From: Raillietiella orientalis
Taxonomy: Eukaryota
DNA: 64,000 nt
Reading direction: 5' to 3'
NCBI GenBank assembly: GCA_036172245.1
Contig: JAYWIR010000010.1
Location: 2,976,001 to 3,040,000 of the forward strand
Each line of letters starts with the position of its first letter. Positions within the stretch are counted from its first letter, which is position 1. Positions 25,551-36,990 of the stretch are shown piece after piece. The notes beneath the pieces were generated by a model. That model saw only the letters and a list, made by a program, of their open reading frames with translations, was not told the origin of the DNA and ran no database searches. A program made the position numbers and the translations under genes.

Positions 25551-27727
25551 GCGTGCCCCTTCTACTGGAACGCCCCTGGCAAGCACACGACTGTGTGCGC
25601 GGCACGAAGTGCACTACAAACTCAGCTCATCCTGTCTGTGCGCCCGGGAAAAAATGCAACAGAACGTGCACCTCCTTTTGAGGGGGAAAACTGAGAACGT
25701 TGTGAGCTTTGAGATTTCCTCATGTTGCATGAAGAATGGTTTAAAGAGGCCCCTCTGGAGAGAAAAGGAAGCTCTCTCTCCCAAGAGTGAGAGGAACGAA
25801 TGCTGCTTTTCCATAGCTTTCCTGGATTGATAGGGTGGTCCCTCCTGGGATACTGACTATAACTTGAAAGGTAACATGCACCCTCAGGTGACGTGGACAG
25901 TGTTAAAGAGCTTCGTGAGCTTCCATCGCGGAGGCGAACGATTCTTCAGCACTTAGTGAACCCCAACGAATAAAAAACCCGGAAATAAGAAAAAAGAGAT
26001 GGAAGGAAAGCAGAGAAACAAAAAAAAATTAAAAAAGATTTTCATCATCCTAGAACAATAGTAACGATCTTCCCATGAGGTGGCTACTGGCCTTTTTTAT
26101 GTTCGGGTGCCTCTCCTGGAACATTTTAGAGAGGAAAGGAATCCCATCTTCGTCCTCTTTCTTCATGGAGGTTATCAGAGGAACATTTCACCGAGATGAC
26201 TTGTGCTGTGTGTGCTCTGGGGAGATAAAATGGAGCCACTCACAGGCCGAGGAGTGCTAAGAAGACGGTACGTGTCTTCTGAGAGCTTTTTTAATAGTTC
26301 ACACAAGAGAATTCACATTCATCTCTTGTTGAGCACACCGCCAGGAGATAATGAGGCATGCTTGGCCTGGATGAATCACGGAGATCCTAACATGCAAATA
26401 GGTGGTGAGCTGAGTGTAGGGACGGAAAAAAAAAAAAAAAAAAGGAAATTCTGGTGGCTGGTTCCGTTCGCGTTGGCGCTTGTCGAAGAAAGAAGAGAGT
26501 CTCATCTTGTGAAGAGAGTGATTAGAGGCCGTAAACACGATCTATTCTCAAAATCAAAATGAGTGAGAAGCACTGCTTTCTCGAACGCTCAGGTTAGGGC
26601 AATCGGACCTACGAGCACCCAATTTAGCTAAGCGGAACTGGGGCTGCGAGATGAACAGTTGGCTTACGACGACGCAACATTCACGAGTTAACACGGAAGC
26701 TGGTGTTGGGTTCCATGTGGGAATTGGCATCAGCTGAGGACTCGCCTGCTGAAACAACTTGTTCTGGAAACGGGGTGGTGCTGAAGCGTGGGGAACGGCG
26801 CCCAACTTCTGGGACAAAGCCATTCCTGCCTTCCGGCATGCTTTCATTGGAGGCCGACACGTTACTGAAGTTCCGATGAGTAGGAGATGGCAACTGTGCA
26901 ATCAGAAAGGTTCGAACGGGAGTTTGCCTCTTTCTGTTTATTTTCCATGCTGACATCAGCAGCAAACACCTCGATGTGGTCCTGGAGGCGTGACGTAGAA
27001 AAGGTTCCATGCGAGCAAGCATTGAGCACTGTTCGGCTTATCCCAAGTCTCGTGGGAAATGAAACCTGAAGCAGGTCGAAAATAAAGAATTTATTGGTTT
27101 TCCTGGAAGTCTCGGTTTGAAGAGGAAAATAGAAACGTCGGTGGACCTGCCTTTGGAGGTAGCTTAATGGTCTCGAGCGTCTGGAACCGCCAAGAAAATT
27201 CTCAAGGTTCCCCATAAATCTGGGACGTCTCTTGGATCCAAAGCTCGAGATCTTCAAAACCTCATCAGGTCTCATCTCTGAGCATCGCCTTCACTCGACT
27301 ACCTCATCTAGCTTGAGGTGGGTTGCCAGGTAGTGTGACGAGATCATCATGGACGAGATCGGACCATCGGCATGACTGCAAGAAAACCCGGCTGAAAGTA
27401 GAGATAGCTGCCTGATCTGCCTGTGGGAATGCGAGAGAGAAGCTTTGCTGAATTGCTCTTCTGAATAGAAATCTGAAGAAGGAATGCCATCATCCTCGAT
27501 TCCAACGACAAAGCAGAAGAAAGTGGCAAATTAACAGTGTAATGGGCCTCGAGAAACATTCTCAAGACTCAGTCTGGACCAAAAGAAAGTGCTCTTTCCA
27601 CTTCCTGATCTTTGTAAAACGTAAACCACTGGCTGGAGGCAGGCAGTCTTTTCTACTTCTTCGGTGGAAACTTAGAACACATCCTTTTGCCTGAAGAAAG
27701 GAAGAAACGGTGGTTTCACTCGAGCCG

Positions 27728-30338
27728 TTAATTGAAGAAATGGACACGAAAAGAGGCACTGTGAAAGATGAAGACGCGGCTCGCAGAACCTTACTTCTCC
27801 AAGCTGTTAGCTGAGGAAGCGTCAGCGAGGCATGTGCCTCATCGAGATGACAGTGCTATTTTGGAATAGTCTCTCCTTTTCTTAGTGATTCATGCACTCA
27901 TCTTCCGTGGGAAGATTGAAGAGGAGAGGAACGGCGCACTGAAAGTGAAGATCGAAAAACACAGCAGCAGACGAGGATTTGAACGGACAGTCACTGTGAT
28001 GAGTCGTGCATTAACGAGTGGTGAATCCTCTTGGGTGACATAAGTTAATGCAGGAGTTCGTGGCCCCTCCAACTAAAAGGAAGTTTTGAAGGAACTTTGC
28101 GTTCTCTAAGGCAGCCCCTGGCTTATTTGCGTTGCGTGAACCTCAAGACTTACCTGAAATTGGTTTTTGAAGGTCTATTTTCAGAATCTTTTTGAAATTT
28201 CATCCAGTTGATTACTGAGGTTTTATTTAGATTCTAATCCTTTTGCCTCTCCTCTATAATTTCGTTTCATGTTTTATAAATGTGATTGTTGCCTAACGAG
28301 AGAAAATCATCTTTCCATCCCTCTTTAATTTTTTTTTTCGAGTTCCTTCCCTGCACTGATAACTCAGAAAAGGAAAACTCACCTAATAGTTGGGCCGGCA
28401 AAATTAGAGAACGTCCATACAATGCAAAAAAGGAAAATTTAGATGAAGAATTGGCTATTATAAATTTTAAATTCAAGAAATTGGGATTCGCTGCGCATAA
28501 ATTCTTGGCTTGCGGCACATTTCTTGAAAGGATTGCGGCCCTTTGCAACGCAAGTGGCTGCACTAAAGCTTTCGCATGAAAGAAATTGCTCGTGCAGCCT
28601 CCATGAAACCTATAGAAGAAGACGAAGAAATGCGATTGGTTGCATCCCGCCTAACCCACTGCCAGGAAGCGACTCCTACTTTCCGCTATCGAACCAAGGT
28701 GGAAGGCCCCCCTCCTCCTCCAAGAAAAAAAAATGGGAAGAGTGTCAGATGCAGACTCATTTGAAAAGTACTTAGCACATGGAGATTAATGCCATTGAGC
28801 ATCATCATTGCAATCCCAAGATTACCACGAACGGAATTCTTAGAGACACAAAAAAAAAATGCCTGTAAGTTCATTCCCATCGCCAAGAAAAGCGGAAGGG
28901 TCCAAGAGTGCTTTCCAATGAGAGAATGTAAGTGGTCCATACTCAGTATTGGTGGCCGCACTGATGCGTATATGGTGCGCACGCTCTGCGAGTAATGAGG
29001 TACGCGAAAAAAAAAATCCTACGAGCTTCTGGACGGAAGCTTCCTCAAGGCAGATTTACACTAATGTTGTTGTCTTCAACACTGAAGGCAACAGCAGCAG
29101 CAGTGTAAATCTGTTTGTTCTCGTCCTCAATCAGCAGTTCATTGGCATCTACCGCAGAAAAATTTCCTGCTTTGAAAACAAATGGAAACAGTAAGCGAAG
29201 AGCAAGAACAAGGGAAGGATGTGGAACCAAGGAAGCAAGAATCCGGTCACAGGATTCGCCAGAGTGTCTCATTCAGAATCATGAAGCATATGGATGCTTG
29301 GAATGTATCCTCAGTTCTTCGAAGGAGCTCGCTGGACTGTCAGCCGAGAGCACACTGCTTTCTACTTACCAGCGCTGTCTAATATTCCGTGCGGAGCGCT
29401 GAAAACCGAGAAAGAAAACACCGTGAAAAAAAAACCCTGCTTGTAAAGGCATCTTAAAACCGACAGCTCAGGTGCTGTCGGTTTTAAGATGCTGTCATCT
29501 TTTCCTCTGGAAACAGCGAGGCATCTTCAGATTTCGACTCCCTGAATCCATAATTTCTGCGTGCCTGCCTTCAAGCTGTGAAAATTATTTTCATGTCCTC
29601 TGATAGACAGTCCTTTGGCATTTCACACTTCGGTTTCACTGAAGGAATTTTAACATCACGTGGGAAAGCACTCCTCCATAAAACAATATATGGAAAAAGT
29701 TTTCCTTTGTATCACTGCGGAGCGAGTTCCCACCAGATGCTGATTCTCATCCTGCAATAGCGAAAGGGTTGTGTTAGTCCAAAAGTTTCGCAACTGTGCT
29801 CATCCTGTCCTTCCTGAATTTGTGTGAGAAACTGCTGACAGAAAAAACTGCGTGTCTCGGAAAGGGGAGTCAGTCAGGAAGACTCAATTTTGTCACCGGC
29901 TCTCCTCTGTTTTTCCCATGAATTTTGCAGCGTTGCAGAGCCAATTTGTTCCATATAAAAGAGTTAGGAGACCGAATCCAAAAGAGTTAGTGAGCATTAC
30001 TCTCTCTGTTTTTGACGAGGTGAAGGCGCCAAAAACGTTTATATGCTGAAAAGAGAGAGAGAGAGAGAGAGAAAAGGAGAAAACCTAATTCTGTCCGCTC
30101 ACATCCTCGGCCGCTGTGTTTTTCGATCTTCACTTTCAGTGCGGCGTTCTTCGCTTCTTCGGTCTTCCCACGGAAGATGAGTGCATGAATCATTAAGAAA
30201 AGGAGAGACTATTCCAAGATAGCACTGTCATCTCGATGAGGCACATGCCTCGCTGACGCTTCCACAGCTAACAGCTTGGAGAAGTAAAGTTCTGCAAGCC
30301 GCCTTTCACATTGCCTCTTTTCGTGTCTTTTGGTTTAA
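27728..30338 (+). mobile_element. ~2.6-kb element bounded by ~250-bp inverted repeats, with possible piggyBac-like C-terminal relic
   Basis: 27743-27990 is a close reverse complement of 30091-30327. TTAA lies just outside each arm (27728, 30335). Internal + strand 28400-28995 reads YNAKK..LD...RIAALCNA...MKEIAR...CKFIP..KK...C...CK..I...TLCE*. Confidence 0.55.
30052..30072 (+). repeat. (AG)n microsatellite
   Basis: About 10 AG units read directly. Confidence 0.9.
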
Positions 30339-30829
30339 AATCACGAAGCTCAAAGCTCGACTTGTGAATCAAAAACTTGCTGATATGTGTTGAGCGTGTG
30401 TCTAAAAAAGAAAAAGAAGTCCAAAAGGCTGCCGACAACTCTTGTTGCTGCTGCTCAAAGGAATTTTTCTTTAAAACTGCTGCTAATCTGTCTCAACATT
30501 CCATGAGGAATGAAGCAAAAACTCAAAGGGTGTCTTGCTACCGTCTCGAGTCATTGCCTCTTTACACTGTTCTTGATATGCTTTCATGGTGAGTTTAGTG
30601 AAATGGATGATGTTACCCAATCTTTCAGTCATCAAGGGGAAAGTTGGCGATCATGTGAATGCACAATCAAATGAAAACGATAGAAGCACAGAAATTTTTC
30701 TCCGAAGCCTCTGGATCTTCGCTTCGGATTTGTCTCTTCGCGTGCTGAAGCAGGTGAAGGGAATCTCTGAACCGGCCACTCTGGGGCGTTTACATAATAA
30801 AAGCAAAGCTTCGCTGTTTCTGAGTCTGC

Positions 30830-31860
30830 AAGACATGGCGGACTGTGGCGATGCCGCGGACGCAGAACATCGTCATGATCAATGCACCAGCTGAGAGTCT
30901 GCCACGAGCGAAGAACCTCCGTAGAGGGTCACGGGCGGTGTTCTCCGCGTGCAGGAGCGCCGAAGTTAGACTCCGCCACAGTACTTGGAGACCATCATAG
31001 TCCAAAAGCAGGTGCGAGATTGACTCTGCCGGCCGGACCTGGCACAGTTCAGGGACGCGGTCTCCCCGGAAACGAGGTGCAGGCTCTCAGTGTACTGGAG
31101 TCCCCAGTGTTTCTACGGCAACACAGCCTGTTTACACATCACCGGAAGCACAAAGTGCTCATACATTGGCGAGGGACCACCAGGTCCTAGGGGGCAACAC
31201 TCAGGAGTTCACTCCACCGAAGGAGTCCCTTGGCCTGGATACGTATCTACCAGCTCGTGCGTCTTCCAGCTGTCAGGAGTTTTCCCAGAATGGTGCATGG
31301 TGCAGGAGAATTCCAGCCCCGCCGGTAGGCAACTGTCATTGTTTGCTCTGAGGGCTGATAGCTCTGCGGCAAGGGGCGTGGAGGCCAAAGTCGACCAATT
31401 GTCCGTATCCTGCATCTCCTCTTCCAAAGGATGACTGAGAAAGAGTTGCAGGAGACGAAGTTCCTCTGGGCACATTCTCTGGTTTGGAGACCAGGGCACA
31501 ATCGCTTCCTGTATCCAGGCATTGAAGCTTTTCGGGCGCCAGGGAGTCCACAGATGGGCTCCCAGAAGGGAGGCAAGTTGCCTCGGAAAGAAGCCAAGTC
31601 CCCGCATCTTGTAGCGGAAGTGCGGCAGGTACGATATGAGTCCTTCGTCGCGGCACCGAAGGATGGGGCGTTCTAGTGCCTACCACGGGCACCTTCGCGA
31701 AAAGTGCCAGCATTCGGAACGGCAACTGGAGCCCGATTCTCTCCAGAGACAGGATACCTCAGCCAGCATTCCGACAGGTGACAGCGATGGAGAATCCTTG
31801 AGGATCGACCTGCTTGATGGGAACACGAAGAAGGAAAGCAGCTCATTCCAGGAAGGCTAG
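30830..31860 (-). mobile_element. L1/Tx1-like non-LTR retrotransposon relic, same family as 12630-13320
   Basis: ALPLQ/RGLGF (LP...GGLG-like), RLLQLFLSHP...TPLAAELSALR, HWGLQY...LNCARS/ESISHLLLDY...LW...RRFFARGRLS, collinear with the 12.6-13.3 kb copy. Confidence 0.65.
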
Positions 31861-33601
31861 GAAATAAAGGCTGAAACGGAACAGCTCACCGCGCCCTCTG
31901 GAGAGAATAATTTCGCATTTCCGCTGCCTCCTCTCGCTCGGTTTCGTTAGTTCTTCCCTGTGGTGTATCTGCCTTCCTAATCTCCAGATTCTCTTCTCAC
32001 GATACTGCGATGGGGAATTGTGCTTACGAGAATTAGGCTGGGATACCAGATCCATGACAAGATGAGTGATAGTCATTAAGATTGATGACGCATTGATGGA
32101 ATTTTCAGTTCAAATTCCATAGCGCAGTGTGGTGGCTGGTGGGATGGGATGCGAGTTAGCATGATCTTTTTTCATTCAAATCTTGCGCATGCAGTCATCT
32201 AAATAAAGGGGATGTAAACAAATGAAAGGAGGAGTTTTCCATCATCTTCGATCACTGTTAAAAGTTTCTGAGGCTCTTTTCGTACGGACGATTCTCCATC
32301 CCTTGTTCCCGGTGCCCACCTCGGAAAAAGTGCACATTCAAGCACTCACCATTTCTTTTCTGCCTCTCTCCACTTCGAAATGTTCAACTTCCTCAACATT
32401 TCATCCTCTCTTAGATTTCAAGATTCCATAGGTTCCGCAACGATTGCTCCTACAGCAGCAGGAGCGACGGTGCATCCGCTGAGCACGTGACTTAGCGTTT
32501 CCTCCCATCTTTCGAAAATTCTGCGTAGGGTATACCAGTGCTGGTCCTGGTGAGATGTGTCCTCCTGCGCAAGAGGGAGAGAAGCGTCGCATGGATCTGC
32601 AGCCTGTGGATCGAAGACGCTCTCCGTTGAATAGAAAATGCCTTGGAGCCCCACGCTGAGTAGCGCGGGACTGGGTACCCCCTTGGGCTGAAAAGCGCTT
32701 AGACCTGAGTTGATTTTTTTTCTTCTCATGCGCGCGCCGACTGTTCCCAAATGCTACTTCGAATGTCCTTCTTTCAAACGATCATTTTTTTCTGAATTCT
32801 TCAGAAAAAAATGCCTGGCTCCGGAAGATGGAAATCATCACCCCTATCAAATTCATCCCTTCTTTTCAACACCTTCCACGCATTCAAGCAACGGCATTCC
32901 TCTTGGAACAAGAACAGAGCGTTTCCTGCATGGTGGGGCTTCCACTTTACATGAGGATGTCTGAGAGAAATTCCCTTACGGTATCTCAGCAGAGAATGGC
33001 TCTGGCCTCTTCCCCTTCAACAGTAGTTTTGTCGACACTGAACTGCCTTTGAGATGGCCGAGGCACCAACCAGCAAGTCGAAATCTAGAGCACTTCAGCT
33101 GGCCTCCGGAAGAGTTGCTTTCCCGGAAGAGAATTTGGAAGATCGTGCTGAGGAGTGACGAACACGTAGAAGACAATGCAGGGTGGTGGATGAACGCAGC
33201 GGTCCATTTGTGTCGTGCTTTCGTGGCTTCCCTTTTCTACCACAAAGCCTAGTTAGGTCATCGAAGCAGTGCAGAAGCATAGAGATGCTCCGCTGAGTCT
33301 GCTTCAAGAGTTCGTCGGTGATGGAGATTGGATCAGAGAGACGCTGTTGGTCTCGAACATCAGAATAGCGACGAAGATGCATTTGACTTCTTGCAGGCGC
33401 GACGGTACTCCATTCTGCCTGCAACCAGAGCGTTCCCAAAATTCTCACCACGCTGACATTTACTTGGACTCAAGAAACCTGGGCATTTCATTCTCCTGCT
33501 TATCCAACCTTATTTACTAGCCAAAAATTACTAGCTCCTCGGTAATGACTTCCAACGGAGCATCCGACCACAGTGCTCCCTCGTCTGAAACCTGGCACCT
33601 G

Positions 33602-36496
33602 TTACTCTATTTGCTTCTGTTAGCAAGTTCAGGACGAGTTTTTTCTGGTAATTTCATTCTTTTTTTTTTTTTTTTTTACAAAAGTTCCATAGGATGGTTG
33701 CAACTCTTAAATTCGAATGAGTCTGCTCTGTTTCTCGGAGTCTGTAGTCTTGCCTGTTTGAGCAGTGGGATCACTATTGGAAAAGTTTCTCGCGAGCACA
33801 AGTGTTTTCCACCTTGCGGTGGTGACTTGCGGATTTATCCGGAGGGGGAGTCTGTCTCCCTTTTTCCAAACTGAGGTGTGAGTTGGTTCTCGTGGTTGTG
33901 GAGACTCCAGGAAGATTCCTGCCTTCTCGTTCCAGACAGCCCAGCTTCCGTCTGACTTCTCACCTGCTACGCGGGTGACGGGCAAGTGACGGAGGCTGGC
34001 GGCGCTAGCACTCTTGCAAACAAATTTGGGTGGTTCCTCTTGAAAGAACCCGACCACAGTGCTCCCTCGGAGTCCTACTCGGCAGGGCCTGAAAGCCGCA
34101 GCCACTCTTTCTGCCTCTCAGGATCGCACACGCCGCTTGCGAACCGCTGGGTCTCACCTCCTCTGGGGGGAGGAAAAAGAAGCCCTTCGTTACCCTTCAG
34201 CGAAAGTCAATGTTTATTGCAGCTGCCGAAAGAACTGCTCCAAATTCGAGATGGAATAAAACCCTTTAGATCGGTGCAAGGAGCATGGACCACGTGGAAG
34301 AAGAAAGGAATGGGTCTATGCATGCTCATACAAAAACACACAGACCTTTCCGACGTGAAACCCTCCGGTGATCCCTTCTGGTTGAAGCAACCAGGTAGCG
34401 TGCTAAGTAGAATAAACGAAAATCTTCAGGCATTATCGAGGGAAAGGGTCCATGGAGCAGTCTGAATGAGCCATCTCTCATGATCATCCCACTGCGATGC
34501 CATCGAATTCCCTGACAGCACCCCAGTTTTCGTTAGCTCTTTTGGGAGAAGGATCTATGAGCTCTCATCAGATGATCAGATTCGCACGTGGAAAGTAGGG
34601 AAGGCAAGAGGATAAGGATGGGAACGGGAATGAACTCTGAATGCTCAGATTCAGAAGTTTCTTTCATCACTCAGAAGGAGGCTGTATGGGAATGAGACAG
34701 AGCCTCAAGGCTTCATTTTGTTTTCAGTCTAGGATATTTCGGCTGCTTCACTTCCTTAAGAGCCCTCTCCACGGAAACGCGGAGAGAGGAAAGAAAAGAG
34801 ATGCAATCATGAATGCTTAGTCAAATGCTCTTGTGCATGAGGGCTGTCCTAGTGTCCTAATTATAGAACAGATGGGAGAAGAATTGCAAATAATGGGTTA
34901 TCAAATCCATCTTAACTATGGTTATTGGATTAGGATAGCCGATCTCGCTTGTCGGATTCTGTGAGAGCCTAAAAACCCGGTTGCTGATCGACCTGTTTGA
35001 AAGAGAGATTGATGGTGCACGATCCATCTTGACTGTGCTGTGAACGATCGTTTCTAATTCCATATGTTACGAATACGTGATCAATCAAGTGATCAGTGTT
35101 TGATAAAGCAATACGGGATGTTTCCTGAAATGTGAGGTGTTTATCCCACTGTGCAACAGTTGTCGTTGCCTGTGGAAAAACAAACGGAAACCGTATGTGG
35201 GACAAAGGATTCTGTTGGGTGGTGTTGCCCAGAAATCATCTGTAGGTGGCTTGCTCTGCAGCACGGCCTACCAGAAAGCTGAGGAGAGCACTGGTAACTG
35301 TTTTTGAGAAGTTGGAAAAAAACAGTACTGTGGTTTTCTCACGAGATTCTTGTTTAAGGAGAGCCGAGAGGAGTGAAGATATGGGTGATGGGATGGGGGC
35401 CTCTGTAAGACAGAGCTTCGCTGACGATCAGCTCTCAGGGCACAGTTGCGAGGATGGAATCGCTCTGAAGTCAGAGAGCGAAAGCGGGTAGATTCTTATC
35501 AAGAGGACGCAAGGATGAGGGTAGCAAGCGTCACAGCAAAAATGCGCACAACTGGAAGATTAAGGAAAACTGCAAAGATAAATGTGGATCTGCTCATATC
35601 CAACGAGTGCTGTTTTGCATTGGATGATTGATGACTGAGTTCCAGTATTGATAAAACCATAACACTCCAGAGAATCTTGTGGCGTTCCTGGCATCCAGTG
35701 CTTTAGGGGTCACCGACCAAGAAGCGCTCACGAAACAAGCCAAAACTGTAAAGTGGAATATGAACTTGGACGATCAATTTCTAGAAAACCATGCTGAATT
35801 TTTCTACCTATCGAAAATGCTTTTGTGAGTGTTCGAATTTCCTAATAGAGCATGAGATCTTGTTATAAAATGATTCGCGCATCCATTGAGATAAAAGCAA
35901 CTTTAGCTAAAGGATTCGGATAACGCAGGCTGATCAGACGAAAGTTTCGTCAGTTCTGGCTCAACTTTTGTGGACTGCCAAGATTGGACAAACTTGTACC
36001 GTCACTCTGGAAACGGAGACCCACCCAAAAATATTCAGGCACTTTTATTTGAACAAGGAAACGATGTTTTAGAATTATGTCTCTGTGAAAGAATCTCTGT
36101 CCCACATGAATGATCCATAAACAGGATCGCGAAATTGACTGGAACCTAAAAAGAATAGGGACTGTCTCGAAGGGACACCATTCTCGGACGCATGTGCATT
36201 GACTATCCCAAAGAGCAAGCAGATTTTTTAATGAATGTCACACCAAAGTAGGGGGCAAATGAGTGCACAATTCTTATTGCTTCAGACCCTCTGGAAATTC
36301 CAGCAAAGTTCTGTTCAGTTTATGGTCCTCATCCGGTTCCCGTTTCATACTCCCTATCATGAAATTGGTTTCCCAGATTTACTCAGATGGCTGTCCCCCA
36401 CATGTTTACTCTATTTGCTTCTGTTAACAAGTTCTGCACGAGTTTTTTCTCGTGGTTGCATCCTTTTTTTTTCTTTTTTTTTTACGAAAGTTCTAT
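33602..36496 (+). repeat. ~90-bp direct repeat pair (33602-33690 and 36406-36496)
   Basis: ttactctatttgcttctgtta.caagttc...acgagttttttct...poly-T..ac.aaagttc.at at both positions. Confidence 0.85.
34860..36150 (-). mobile_element. CR1/Jockey-group LINE RT and thumb relic
   Basis: GSPFPE*R / VCPIL, NFRLISL...LAKV, IQHGF, KALD, ECYGF, then DKHLTFQE and MDLITHY, in the correct order for LINE ORF2. Confidence 0.65.
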
Positions 36497-36529
36497 GCTT
36501 TTGAAATCCCTCTCCCTGGCTTTGGAAAT

Positions 36530-36990
36530 TGTCACCTCGGACAAACCTTCTTTCTTGAATTTCAACTTTTTCAAAGAGAATCGCTTAAAACGAAACCCAT
36601 AATTTGTTCCAAAAGCACTGTTCTCGAATGAATGGGTTTCCACAGACCTGAAAAGAAGGGATCCACCTTTTTCTAATGCCATTTATTTCAGTCAGACTCA
36701 TCATTACACCCTCGTCTTCAGTAATCAGTTGGAAGATTGGTGTGCAAAGTGCTCTACTGAATAAAGTATAAGATAGAATCTCTAATTTCAAAAGGGTTCC
36801 CAAATGTCAGTGCTTGGTGGAAGGAATTTCACAACTGAAATTTCCACTCTAGTATGGTATAGAATGTCAGATCAACTTCTTCGATGGAGTGGAACATTTA
36901 ATTGCTTCTCCCTCCTTTCCCTTCGTTTCATCAAAGGTAAATAAAAATAGAAATTTCCAAGAATTGCGTCCCCAATTTGACTGAAGTCCG
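36530..36990 (-). mobile_element. Possible second LINE fragment (pre-RT linker)
   Basis: NSWKFL...KGK and ITEDEGVMMSLTEINGIRK resemble NPK.FW and IT..EV...L..L...KS. Confidence 0.3.

Noticed and set aside
26862..27275. Kinase-like LKISSFG
   Set aside because: No HRD, APE or other kinase motifs nearby.
27240..27280. Hammerhead ribozyme core (CTGATGA on the minus strand; also 6303 and 55544 on +)
   Set aside because: No stem II followed by GAAA with matching stems I and III.
35060..35130. LINE AP-endonuclease motif (SRI...LIDHVFVT)
   Set aside because: It lies downstream of the RT motifs on the same strand and follows DKHLTF, so it fits the thumb region better.
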